From: Candidatus Latescibacterota bacterium
GTDB lineage: Bacteria > Latescibacterota > UBA2968 > UBA8231
Assembly: GCA_965223905.1 (NCBI GenBank)
Contig: CBDCXV010000010.1
Coordinates: forward strand, 1,664,001-1,728,000
Direction of reading: 5' to 3'
Length of the DNA: 64,000 bases
Program-made: the position numbers and the translations under genes
Shown here: positions 1 through 9,331 of the stretch, one piece after another
Position numbering within the stretch: position 1 is the stretch's first letter
How the letters are laid out: each line of letters begins with the position of its first letter
The notes under the pieces: generated by a model
Seen by the model: only the letters and a program-made list of their open reading frames with translations
The model's database searches: none
Told to the model about the DNA's origin: nothing

Positions 1-786
1 GACATCGACCTCGTATTCGTCGGGCCCGCCACGGAAGAAATCCGTTCAGCAGCCCTCCAGATGGCCACGCGCTGGACCGAAGTCATTGCGGTCGACCTGC
101 GGGATGTTCCCGTACCCGACAACTCCGTCCATTGCCTGCCGGTGGAGCATCGTTTCTTTGGGACGGTGGATGACCTTGTGGTCTTCGTGGAAGTCGAGTC
201 CCTCACGGGTGCTGCGGGACTAGCAGGTTTGTGCCGGGCGCGCGACCGATTTACCCCATATGAGGCAAGGAGGTACCATGGTTCCTCCTTGCCATACATG
301 GGGAATATCATACTGGACACGGAGTTGGCGGCCCGGGGTGGAGAGTATTTTGCGCACGTGATCCTTCACGAGATAGGGCATGCCTTGGGATTCGGGATTG
401 TATGGGATGATACCGGCTTCCTGCAGGATAGCGGCGGAGCCGACCCGCACTTCAACGGCCCACTGTCCATAGAGGCATTCGACGCAGCCGGGGGCACGAA
501 CTACACGGCAGGTGCCAAGGTGCCCGTCTCCGCCGACGAAAGCCACTGGAGATTTGGGGGCGAACTCATGGGTAGGGGTGCCGGTTCTGCTCTTAGCGCC
601 ATCACGGTCCAGTCTCTGGCTGATCTCGGCTATGTCGTCGATGTCAGCCAAGCCGGTCCATTCCGGCTGCCAAGCTCCGCCAAGGCGATCGCGGACCAGG
701 GCCTCGATCTCCACGACGATATCCTCCAGGAGCCGATACGCGTGGTTGACGAAAATGGGCACGTCGTCCGCGTGATACACCCATGA
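1..786 (+). CDS. Leishmanolysin-like (M8-type) zinc metallopeptidase, 5' partial
   Basis: Frame open from base 1; VILHEIGHALGFG zinc motif, downstream SHW and ELM (third His, Met-turn), ITVQSLADLGY. Confidence 0.75.
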   Translation, partial: DIDLVFVGPATEEIRSAALQMATRWTEVIAVDLRDVPVPDNSVHCLPVEHRFFGTVDDLVVFVEVESLTGAAGLAGLCRARDRFTPYEARRYHGSSLPYMGNIILDTELAARGGEYFAHVILHEIGHALGFGIVWDDTGFLQDSGGADPHFNGPLSIEAFDAAGGTNYTAGAKVPVSADESHWRFGGELMGRGAGSALSAITVQSLADLGYVVDVSQAGPFRLPSSAKAIADQGLDLHDDILQEPIRVVDENGHVVRVIHP

Positions 787-805
787 AAATGCCCGGAATA
801 CAACG

Positions 806-1010
806 GTGACCATTAATCGTATCACCTCGATGGTCCCGATAACCGATCTGGATCAAGCTGTAACTTTCTACTCGCAAGGCCCGGGTCTGCACGTCGTCCA
901 CCGTAGAGACGATTGGGGCCATGCCTTGTTGGCAGGTGAACACGGGTTCGCGATCCGGATGGAAACGAGGTCTGGGTCGGCGCACGTGAGGCTCCCGCTG
1001 ACTGATTCGC
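806..1010 (+). pseudogene. VOC/glyoxalase family fragment
   Basis: N-terminus MTINRITSMVPITDLDQAVTFYSQG resembles VOC proteins; similarity fades after ~50 aa. Confidence 0.4.
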
Positions 1011-1339
1011 CGGCTTCGCGGATCCTGAGCGCGATCCGCTGCCGGCGGAGCTTTCCGAGGACCCTCCGCACATTGCCGGCGGCCTGCTCACCCTCGGGGA
1101 GGAGCCGGGCATGGGCCTGACCCTTCCCGAGGCGGCCCTGGCGCGGTTCGGCGAACGCATCACTCAGGAAGGAAGATGAGACCCACCGAGTTGCGCTGCG
1201 AGTACACGGTCGATCCGCTCGGGATCGACGCGCGCCTTGGGACAACGTATCCCCCGACCGCCTCCGAATCGTCGGACCACTCTTGCCTGCCAGGAAGCCA
1301 TGTCCCATCTGTTGAGGAAAAGGAGACAAGCAGAAAATC

Positions 1340-2283
1340 ATGAGTCACTATGACGACATACGCAACCGGATTCACCGTCAAATGGTCCCCTTGCCGGTCT
1401 TGTACCGCGACGATTTTTCGATCGATCATGCAGGGCTGGCCAAATATGTCGCCTGGCACCTTGAAAACGATACCCGAAACTTTTGTCTGACCTTCACCTA
1501 CAGCCAGCTCGATTTCGTTACCCCCGACGAGATCGTGGAGGTGACGCGCACAGTTATGGAGGTAGTACGGGACGACGCGGTGTTTATCTCTTGTACGGGC
1601 GGTGGTCCCTTGCGGGAGGCGATCCGGTCGGTTCAGGCATTCGAGAAGGCCGGGGCGCACGCGGCGTTCGTCCATCTGCCGGAGCACTGCCTGCAGAACC
1701 CCTCCCACTGCGGGGAGCTCTACGTGGAATACATCCGCGCCGTGGCAAAAGAAACCGAAATCCCTCTCCTGGCGGTGGCGCTGGCTGTCCCTTGGAGCGC
1801 TCCCTTCGAGACGATGCTGCCGGTTCAGCGTTTTGAAGAGCTTTGCGAAGAGGAGCAATTCATCGGTATCAAGGACGATATTTACATACTGGAAAACCGG
1901 ATGGAGCTGGTCCGCAAGTTTCAGGACGCATGGGTATCACCGGGGGCGGCAAGTTCACCCACTACATCTTCTTCCACCACCATCCCGACCAGGGTGAATT
2001 TTCCGGGATTTACAATCCCAAACGCGGTCAGCGCATGTTCGAGCTGCTCGATGAGAACAACTACCTGGAGGTGATCGGGATGCTGGAGGTGGACGCCCAC
2101 AGTGGACTTGCGCTGCCCGACCTCCATTGGATGGCACGAAACCAGGTGGTGTTTTTCGGGATGGGATTTGCCGAGACCTGTGTCATGCGTCCCCCGATTG
2201 CCACGGCAACCGAATCTCAGGCAAAGGCAGTCATTGAACACATGCACCGGACACCGTCGCTCTTTGAACGCGTAGCGCGATGA
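1340..2283 (+). CDS. Dihydrodipicolinate synthase (DapA)-family lyase, frameshift at ~1920
   Basis: DFSIDHAGLAKYV, FIGIKDD Schiff-base Lys motif; one extra T in AAGTTTCAGG joins ORFs 1340-2074 and 1843-2283; AGGAG upstream. Confidence 0.7.
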
Positions 2284-2632
2284 ATGAGAAAATCTCGCAT
2301 TTCTCAGGGTATCTTCTCGACCCCCGGCACGGCGCTTCTAGGCACCCCGTGAAACGTCAGGATGGCGATCTTCCCGTCCTTCGCCTGCTCAACTGCCCAG
2401 ACCAGATCCTCGAATCCCCAGTTTGGACCGGCGAGCCCCGTTGAATGTCCATATCGTGCATCTATCCGTCAGCGGGTTCCGCTCTACGGCGATGATAAGC
2501 TGGCTGGACATCCATTTCGATTGAGTTCCAGAAATACTTGAGCGGATCGTCGGCGTCCCACCCCGGGGCAAAGCGCGCGGTCAGACGGCGCGGGTTCATG
2601 ATTTTGCCCCCATGACCTGTATGAGCCCGGGC

Positions 2633-2885
2633 TCATACAGCTGACAGCTTTTCCGCCATCATCAGTACGGTGGCATGGATGTTCGCGCGGACACAGTCGG
2701 GCATGATTGACGCATCTACGATTCTAACCCCTCAAGGCCGTGTACGTAGCCGAGTTCATTCACAACGGCGTTGGCGTCATCCGACGACCCCATCCTGCAG
2801 GTAGAACTGACATGGTGGCCTGTGGAGACGTTTTCCATCATCCAATCATCGAGTCCCCCCTGCTCAGCCAAATCGTCATCTGGTG
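2633..2885 (-). pseudogene. GMC oxidoreductase C-terminal fragment
   Basis: Manual translation: GLDDWMMENVSTGHHVSSTCRMGSSDDANAVVNELGYVHGLEGL / RIVDASIMPDCVRANIHATVLMMAEKLSAV*, 1-nt frameshift at ~2725; N-terminus absent. Confidence 0.7.
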
Positions 2886-2894
2886 GGTAAACAG

Positions 2895-3000
2895 GACTCT
2901 TATGCCGAACCGGAGACCGTTTACTTCAAACACGGGTGCCTCGGAACCTGCAGTAAAGATCTCGTTCTCCGTTCCGTGTAGATTAATCTTGCGGTGCAGT
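2895..3000 (-). pseudogene. Carbon-nitrogen hydrolase (nitrilase-like) fragment
   Basis: Manual translation LHRKINLHGTENEIFTAGSEAPVFEVNGLRFGI resembles the nitrilase RKxxL...F..G...PVF...G segment. Confidence 0.4.
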
Positions 3001-3053
3001 ATATCTTCAGAATACTGGGAGATATACTGCAGGTTCTTTCTTTATTTTCCCAT

Positions 3054-3140
3054 CCCTATGCTTTCGGCATCCACGAACCCGCGAAGCGGGTTGGAGCGTA
3101 GGCACGAATGCACGGAAGCCGGGGGCACGGTGTTAGAGGC
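3054..3140 (-). repeat. Degenerate attC-like site downstream of HigBA cassette
   Basis: Minus strand GCCTCTAAC inverse core ~30 bp after the antitoxin stop; internal hairpin AACCCGC-GAA-GCGGGTT; same architecture as the site at 3835-3924. Confidence 0.55.
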
Positions 3141-3172
3141 TATGTGTAACCAGGGTGGGGCTGCCTGGTTGC

Positions 3173-3463
3173 TCAAGCGCTTAACGATCGCGCCACGGTT
3201 TCGGGATTTTCCGAAGCAATCTTGAGCAGGGCTCGGGCAGGACCCTCGGGACGGCGGCGTCCCTGCTCCCAATTCTGCAACGTGGAGACGCTGACGCCAA
3301 TCATCAGGGCAAATTCAGATTGCGATTTATCCAGCTTTTGCCGGATCATTCGAATATCGGCGGGATCCATCTGGATCGTGCGTCCTGGCTTCAACTTGCC
3401 GCGCTTGATCGCTCCGGCCTGCTTGACGCTGGCTGCAAGTTGGTCAAAGTCGCGCTCATTCAT
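3173..3463 (-). CDS. higA: HigA-like XRE HTH antitoxin (HigA2/NadS type)
   Basis: IRQKLDKSQSEFALMIGVSVSTLQNWEQGRRRPEGPARALL; ATGA overlap with toxin. Confidence 0.85.
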   Translation of the reverse strand: MNERDFDQLAASVKQAGAIKRGKLKPGRTIQMDPADIRMIRQKLDKSQSEFALMIGVSVSTLQNWEQGRRRPEGPARALLKIASENPETVARSLSA

Positions 3464-3777
3464 GCCAGATACTCCTTTACGAGTTTACTAAGCAGCTTAC
3501 ACTGTCGAGGGGTGAGATCTTCCTGTCGCCCCTTGCGATATACCCACAGCATATAAAGAGCCTCGGCCGGCTTGTCCCAATAGTAGATCACACGAAGACC
3601 GCCCTGTTCGCCAGCGTGCGGCAATTTCCATCTCAGTTTTCTCAATCCACCCGTACGCTGAAGTATCTCTCCTGATTCTGGCCGGAATAGGAGCGCCAGC
3701 TGTATTGCCCGGTAGTCCTCATCCGATAGTAGGGTCAAGATCTCCTTTGTGAAGATTGGCGTCTCAACGAAGATCAT
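3460..3777 (-). CDS. higB: RelE/HigB2-type toxin
   Basis: MIFVETPIF...GEILQRTGGLRKLRW...GGLRVIYYW...YMLWVYRK...EDLT. Confidence 0.85.
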   Translation of the reverse strand: MIFVETPIFTKEILTLLSDEDYRAIQLALLFRPESGEILQRTGGLRKLRWKLPHAGEQGGLRVIYYWDKPAEALYMLWVYRKGRQEDLTPRQCKLLSKLVKEYLA

Positions 3778-3783
3778 ATACGC

Positions 3784-3812
3784 AGTATACGCCAATGACG
3801 TATGGCGCGCAA
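3784..3812 (-). promoter_or_regulatory. Sigma70 promoter of higBA with overlapping operator
   Basis: TTGCGC-17-TATACT; palindrome ATACG-N7-CGTAT at 3787-3803; ATG 6 nt after the -10 suggests a leaderless mRNA. Confidence 0.6.
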
Positions 3813-3834
3813 GGTCTTACTTTGGGCACATGCC

Positions 3835-3924
3835 CTCTAACGTTCTCACAATTCACGAAGTCGCGAAAGCGACTTGCCGAAGGCCAAGCGCCGAATGGCG
3901 CGCAGCGTGAATTGCTGTGATATA
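3835..3924 (-). repeat. attC-like site, interrupted at one end by MITE/IS
   Basis: CTCTAAC...CAATTCACG...CGTGAATTG imperfect palindrome with internal hairpins; minus strand ends GTTAGAG. Confidence 0.65.
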
Positions 3925-4172
3925 TTACCAGGAGCGGTCAATAGTTGACAATTTTCCGCCTGATACAGAGGGGTGTGATGTCAACTTTGACTCCCTCGTA
4001 ACAACCCCGTTTTCAAGACAGATATTTTTTCTTGAAACTTTAGTTTCACCAACATGAAAAGAATCGGGAATGCGCCGCAATTTTAGCGGCTTCAGCGCTC
4101 TATCGTCCGATGGCCTCGAATCGGGCTTATACGGCCTTTTTCCGGCACCGAAAGGGGCCTCCGTTCCCTTTT

Positions 4173-5912
4173 TCAGCCCATCGCCGGAACTATGGCTTCG
4201 GGTTTGGGCGCAAGCGCCCGCACCATTCTCTTGATATTGCAGGCCAGCGCTTTCAGGTAGACGGCCAGCTCCACGCGCCAGCGTCCGCGCACGCGCAGGG
4301 CGCCCAGTCCGTGTCTTCGTTTCAGTTCCGAGACCGTGGCCTCGATGCCGGCACGAATGCGATAGCGCTCCTTGAAGGCGCCGCTGGCGATGGCGCGGCG
4401 GCGGCGTTCGAGGTTGGCCGCCCTCAGGTCCACGGTTACGGCGTAGCCGTCCCCGTCCTTGTTCGGCCGCACCGGGCAGAGGGGAAACAGGGCGCAGGTC
4501 TCGCAGCTTCGGCGCTCGAAGGTCAGCACCACGTGGTGCTTCTTCTTCTCACGCGACGTTTGCTCTCTGGCCAAGTGTCCGGCCGGGCAGATGGCCGGAT
4601 CCCGGAGACGGGCATCGACGAGGAAGTCGGCCTCGGTCACCGTATCGGGCCGCTCCTCGACGTCGACCTGGGGGCCTTTGACCGGGCTGACCAACTCGGT
4701 GCCGAGGCGTTCGGCGTGGATGGCATTGTCGCCGGAGCCGAAGGCGGTGTCGGCGACCAACTCGTCGGGTCGCTGCCCGCGCTCTTCGAGGGCCTCCAGC
4801 ACCGGCATCGTCGCGTGCTCGTCACTGGCGCAGGCGTCGGTCACCGCTACGTGGGTGATCATGTTCACGGTGTCGGTCTTGTCGTTGTCGGTCTTGTCGT
4901 TGTCGGTCTTGTCATCGTCGGTCTTGTCATCGTCGGCCTTGTCGTCGTCGGCCTCGACGCAGGTCTCGGCGATCTGCACCTCATACCCTTTGCCCTTGCG
5001 GCCGTTGTAGGTGGCCTCGGCATCATAGGGGCTTTGCAGCGAGTCGCTGCCGACGTGCTCAGGCGCCTTCAGCGCCACCGGCACGCCGCCTTCGCCGGCG
5101 TCGTCGTCCTCGGTCGAGGGGTGCTGCTTGTCCGCGATCACCTCACACTGCTCGGCCAGCAGGCGCTGCAGCAGCGCGTAGGATTCCAGGCCCTCGGCCG
5201 CCGTGCCCGCACACAGCTGATGGAGACGATACAGATCGCGCGCGCACACCGGCAGCCGCCTCTTGCCCGTGCCGGAGGGCGCGTCCTGGTAGGATGTGGC
5301 GCTGCCATCCTCCTTCAGGTAGCGAAGGCGCAGGCGCTTCGGCACCCGCCCGTACAGGCGCGGATGCTCCGCGGCCAGGGTTTTCAGAAAGTGACGGAGG
5401 GTCTCACACAACAGCCCCAGACGCGACAACACCGCGATGTTGCTGAGCACGTGGGTGGAGTCCAGACGCTGCCGGGTGACTTTCGTACCCAACGCTTGGA
5501 GAATGCCATCCGTGGTCGCCTCGAACGCCTGCCGGCCGCGGTCATGGGCCAGCAAGCGAGCGCGGAAGTTGTGCAGCGTCTTTTGCGCCAAGTGGGCCTC
5601 GTCCGGAGTCAGCTCCAGGGCGTGCTGCCACAACAGGCTGAACTCCAGCTGCTCCAGCGCCTCGGCGTCGGTCAGAGCGAACATCTCCTTGAGCAGAAGC
5701 ACGCCCAAGACCGTCGCCACCGGCTGGTTGGGACGACCGTTGTCGTCGCAATACAAGGGCGCGAACTGTTCTTCGTCGATCAGCGCCAAGGCGTGCGCGC
5801 GAAAGGTCTCGGCCCAGGTCGCCTGCAGGCGCCGCTGCTTGGCCGGAGGCACTAGGTTGCGACTCTCGAACAGGTTGCGTTGCGAATCCTTCTTACGAAA
5901 CATCAGCCCCAT
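4173..5912 (-). CDS. DDE transposase
   Basis: FAPLYCDDNGRPNQP (DUF772-like), QRLDSTH, LVADTAFGS, CPAGH, CETC..C, YRIRAGIEATVSELKRRHGL. Confidence 0.9.
   Translation of the reverse strand: MGLMFRKKDSQRNLFESRNLVPPAKQRRLQATWAETFRAHALALIDEEQFAPLYCDDNGRPNQPVATVLGVLLLKEMFALTDAEALEQLEFSLLWQHALELTPDEAHLAQKTLHNFRARLLAHDRGRQAFEATTDGILQALGTKVTRQRLDSTHVLSNIAVLSRLGLLCETLRHFLKTLAAEHPRLYGRVPKRLRLRYLKEDGSATSYQDAPSGTGKRRLPVCARDLYRLHQLCAGTAAEGLESYALLQRLLAEQCEVIADKQHPSTEDDDAGEGGVPVALKAPEHVGSDSLQSPYDAEATYNGRKGKGYEVQIAETCVEADDDKADDDKTDDDKTDNDKTDNDKTDTVNMITHVAVTDACASDEHATMPVLEALEERGQRPDELVADTAFGSGDNAIHAERLGTELVSPVKGPQVDVEERPDTVTEADFLVDARLRDPAICPAGHLAREQTSREKKKHHVVLTFERRSCETCALFPLCPVRPNKDGDGYAVTVDLRAANLERRRRAIASGAFKERYRIRAGIEATVSELKRRHGLGALRVRGRWRVELAVYLKALACNIKRMVRALAPKPEAIVPAMG
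4872..4954. repeat. 15-bp tandem repeat (~5.5 copies) inside transposase
   Basis: Unit GTCGG(T/C)CTTGTC(G/A)T(T/C), encoding DDDKA/DDDKT/DNDKT. Confidence 0.9.
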
Positions 5913-6131
5913 CCACTAGAGAGGAAGTGTGTGACGGATTGGTATACACCAATATACCAAGAATCCCTGATTATCAGGGCTGTGAAGGGGGGGTTTTTAC
6001 GAGAGAATCAACTTTAGGGTGCTCCCCGTGATATGACGTGGGTATGATTGCTCCAAGGCTGATCAACGCAGAGAGGTAGCGACGCGAGAGTGCGTTAGCG
6101 TGCATGGCTTTGCAACAGTGTCGCTTCCACG

Positions 6132-6705
6132 TCACCACGTGGTGGGAATAGGCAGCAACAGATCTCCTTGAATTGGCACAAATCGCGTCGACGATTCGAT
6201 TAGACGACTAGCAGTTAGTCCTGGGACACCGTACACCTCGACGGATACCTTGGATTCCTTGATTAGCTTGTCAATTGCAGGCGCGTAGTCTCCGTCACCT
6301 GAAGCCAGGACAGCGACATCCACGCGATCTGCGTACTCCAACATATCGACCGTAATGCCCACGTCCCAGTCCCCTTTGGCTGAGCCGTCAGCTCTCTGAA
6401 TATAAGGCGCGAGCTTTACCTCAAAACCGAGCCGTTTCAGAATTTGCTGAAATTGGGCCTGCTTTCTGTCGCCTTTGTCAATAGCATATTACCAGGAGCG
6501 GTCAATAGTTGACAATTTTCCGCCTGATACAGAGGGGTGTGATGTCAACTTTAGGGTGCTCCCCGTGATAGGCTACTGCCTTCACCAGTTTCCGGCCGGC
6601 TGTCGCCTCCCTGAGGAAAGAACCATAGTCGAAATGGCAATTATGTTGCTGCTTAACTGTGTAGTAAACATTCTGTACATCTGCGAATACGGCTACGCGA
6701 TCCAC
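6132..6705 (-). pseudogene. NYN-domain (LabA/DUF88) protein disrupted by MITE
   Basis: VAVFADVQNVYY...KAVAY|AIDKGD...KGDWDVGITVDML...LASGDGDY; removing 82 bp restores the frame. Confidence 0.88.
6487..6570. mobile_element. 80-bp MITE copy 2 (IS630/Tc1-like TA target)
   Basis: 28-bp imperfect TIR including TA: TATTACCAGGAGCGGTCAATAGTTGACA vs TATCACGGGGAGCACCCTAAAGTTGACA; TA duplicated. Confidence 0.88.
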
Positions 6706-6919
6706 GTCAGTTTTTCTCCAGCGCCTGCAGGCTCATGATTTCAACCGTGCCAGCTTTGCCTCTGTCGAATTTCACTGGTACTGTGACAACCCATGTCATA
6801 TATCTGATTGTTTGCATCCGAACAAATGGTTCGGGTAATGGCCTCCGGGGTTACTTATCTGAAACGACGGTAAGTATCCGGGTGAACAGTCGCAATCGAA
6901 CACGCCCACCCGACACCTC

Positions 6920-8002
6920 CTACTCCCGCACCGGCTCGGCCTTCCCCGATGCGGCGGAACGGTACGCGGCGTCGAGCATCTCGGCTCCTCTCATCGCCGC
7001 TTCCCCGGGAGCGGAATTGACCTCCGTCTTGCCGAGAATCAGCTCGACGAAGTTCGCCGGCGGGCCGTCGCACTCGTAGAAGCCGGCGTCCTCGGCGACG
7101 TCGGCGACCTCGTGGCGGCCATCGTGCCGGCGCAGGTGCATGCGCGCCCGCTCGCAGTCGAGGAGCAGCATCCCCTCGGTGCCGAAGAATCGCAGGTCGA
7201 CCTGGAAGGTCTGGTCCATCGGCACGGTGCCGGCGCCGCTCATCGAACCGATCCCCCCGTTGGTGAAGGTGACGGCGAGGGCGTCGTACATCTCCACCGC
7301 CGACTCGGAAGAGGACATGACGCTGTAGACGGTGCGGGCCTCGAGGCCGCTGAGCCAGAAGAGCATGCCGGTGGAGTGCGACATCTGCGCCAGGGCGTAA
7401 CCCCCGCCGGCAATCTTCGGGTCGGCCCAGGTCGACGGGGCCGGGTCGAACATGTTGCCGCCCGACTGGCCGCTGACCTCGTCTATCCTGAACTCCTCGC
7501 CGCGCAGCAACGGCCGGATCGGCGAGGCCATGTGGCAGAGGACGAACTCGATCTCGCCGACGGCCCCTTCGTCGAGCAGCGCCTTGGCCTGCTGCACGAA
7601 GCTTTTGTAGTGCCACCCGTACGGGACCAGCAGGTGCAGTCCGTTGCCGTCGGCGATCTCCACCAGCCTGCGGGCGTCGGCCCCCCTGGTGGTGATCGGT
7701 TTCTCGCACAGTACGTGCAGCCCCTTTTCGAGGGCGGCGCCGGCGTGCTCGAAGTGCAGGGTGTGGGGGGAAGCGACGACCACGCCGTCGAGCTCGCACT
7801 GCTCGAGCAGCTCGTGGTAGTCCTCGGTGGCGTAGGGAAAGCCGAAGCGGTCCTGGATCTGCTTCAGCTCCGGCCTGCCGAGGCGGCAGACGCCGGCCAG
7901 CTCGACGTCGTCCCGCGCCGCCAGCACCGGCATGTGGTTGCTCGTCGCCCACCACCCGGCCCCGATGAATCCGATTCTCGCTTTTCCGTTCGTTCCGCTC
8001 AC
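6920..8002 (-). CDS. Gfo/Idh/MocA family oxidoreductase
   Basis: RIGFIGAGWWA, VVVASPHTLH, HVLCEKPI; AGGAGG before the GTG. Confidence 0.9.
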   Translation of the reverse strand: MSGTNGKARIGFIGAGWWATSNHMPVLAARDDVELAGVCRLGRPELKQIQDRFGFPYATEDYHELLEQCELDGVVVASPHTLHFEHAGAALEKGLHVLCEKPITTRGADARRLVEIADGNGLHLLVPYGWHYKSFVQQAKALLDEGAVGEIEFVLCHMASPIRPLLRGEEFRIDEVSGQSGGNMFDPAPSTWADPKIAGGGYALAQMSHSTGMLFWLSGLEARTVYSVMSSSESAVEMYDALAVTFTNGGIGSMSGAGTVPMDQTFQVDLRFFGTEGMLLLDCERARMHLRRHDGRHEVADVAEDAGFYECDGPPANFVELILGKTEVNSAPGEAAMRGAEMLDAAYRSAASGKAEPVRE

Positions 8003-8156
8003 GACTGTGCCCTCCTGTGCATATTTGGTGTGCGCGTTTGGTGTGCGCGCTCGATCAAAGCCCCCCGACACACACCTGTCAAGGTTTTCTGCTATACTTG
8101 CAGTGGCTTGGATTACAATCGGATCCGCAACCCATAAAGAGGAGTGAACCGACAGC

Positions 8157-9110
8157 ATGGCCGCTACCGAAAACGCCCTGACCGACCCCTTCGCCCTGAA
8201 CGGGGACGAATATTTCTGGATGAAGGGAAACCTGCACAGCCACACGACCAACTCGGACGGCCGCGTTTCCCCGCAGGAGCGCCTCGACGGGTACGTCAAC
8301 CAGGGGTACGACTTTCTGTGCCTGTCCGACCACAACAACATCACCCGCGTCGACAGCGTCGACGCCCCGGAGGATTTCGCCCTGATCCAGGGGGCGGAGC
8401 TGCACCCCTCCAACCCCTTCGGCGGACAGGTGCACCACTTCGTCTGCCTCAACATCCACGAGGACATGGACGCCAGGCGCATGCCGCCGCAGATGGTGAT
8501 CGACGAGGTCCGCGAGCAGGGGGGCTGCGTCTGGCTCGCCCACCCGCACTGGAGTTCGGTCAACATTCTCCGCGATACCGTGCCTCTGAATGGACTGGCA
8601 GGCATCGAGGTCTTCAACACCACCTGCTGCCGGGCCGGCCGCGGCGACAGCTCCGTGCACTGGGACGACTGGATGAGCCTGGAGGACCGGCTCTACCCGG
8701 CCCTCGCCAACGACGATTCCCACGCGCAGGAGTCGGAGCGCCGCGACACCTACGAAGGCTGGACGATGGTGCGCGTCAAGGAACGGACCGTCGAGGCGGT
8801 GCTCGAAGCCCTGACCAGCGGCTGCTCCTACTCCACGACCGGGCCGGAGATCCGCGATATCTCGCTGCGCCGGATGCCGGCCGGAGACGGTGAGGAAGCC
8901 GGCAAGGTGGAAGCGACGGTGCGCTGCTCCGAGGCGCAGGCGGTGCGCGCCGTCAACGACGCCTACGGAACCGAGTACCGCGAGCACGGGTCGACCTTCG
9001 AGGAGGCGACCTTCCCGCTGCGCCCCGGGTCGCGCTGGGCCCGCTTCGAGGTCATCGGACCCGACGGCCTGAAGGCCTGGTCCAATCCCCGCGACCTGAG
9101 CGAGGTGTAG
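8157..9110 (+). CDS. PHP-domain (CehA/McbA-like) metallohydrolase
   Basis: KGNLHSHTTNSDG, LSDHN, AHPHWS, IEVFN, ANDDSH; GAGGAG RBS. Confidence 0.85.
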   Translation: MAATENALTDPFALNGDEYFWMKGNLHSHTTNSDGRVSPQERLDGYVNQGYDFLCLSDHNNITRVDSVDAPEDFALIQGAELHPSNPFGGQVHHFVCLNIHEDMDARRMPPQMVIDEVREQGGCVWLAHPHWSSVNILRDTVPLNGLAGIEVFNTTCCRAGRGDSSVHWDDWMSLEDRLYPALANDDSHAQESERRDTYEGWTMVRVKERTVEAVLEALTSGCSYSTTGPEIRDISLRRMPAGDGEEAGKVEATVRCSEAQAVRAVNDAYGTEYREHGSTFEEATFPLRPGSRWARFEVIGPDGLKAWSNPRDLSEV

Positions 9111-9331
9111 TGGCGGGTTTGTCCCCGGACCCCGGAGATTTCAATAGCTGTTCGATGCTTCCTGGGATGTCGCCGGAGGGACTTCCGCCCGCTGCCCTCC
9201 GGCGGCGCCCGGGCTCCGGGTGAGATGCAACATGGAACGCTGTATATGGAACGCTCTTTTCTGAACACATCTCCAGACAGCCCCATATCGGGTGCGGTTC
9301 GACCGGCATCCCGCAGGATGACGCAGCCGGT

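Larger units (their letters stand above)
3989..6009 (-). mobile_element. Complete insertion sequence (DDE, IS1182/IS5-like)
   Basis: 27-bp imperfect TIRs GACTCCCTCGTAACAACCCCGTTTTCA / GATTCTCTCGTAAAAACCCCCCCTTCA; 6-bp direct repeat AACTTT at 3983-3988 and 6010-6015. Confidence 0.88.
3923..6033. mobile_element. 80-bp MITE copy 1 (TA duplication), interrupted by an IS
   Basis: 3925-3988 plus 6016-6031 reconstitute the same 80 bp as 6489-6568; TA at 3923-24 and 6032-33. Confidence 0.85.

Noticed and set aside
1900-1940. Programmed ribosomal frameshifting in the dapA-like gene
   Set aside because: No canonical slippery heptamer with downstream structure, and similar indels are scattered across unrelated genes.
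4872-4954. Possible CRISPR array
   Set aside because: Contiguous 15-bp coding repeats with no spacers; no cas genes or repeat-spacer arrays seen in the window.
4110-5855. 581-aa + strand ORF opposite the transposase, and similar long ORFs (14923-17556, 21873-23987, 39132-40865, 54646-57075)
   Set aside because: Antisense or shifted-frame shadows of real genes in GC-rich DNA; no motifs.
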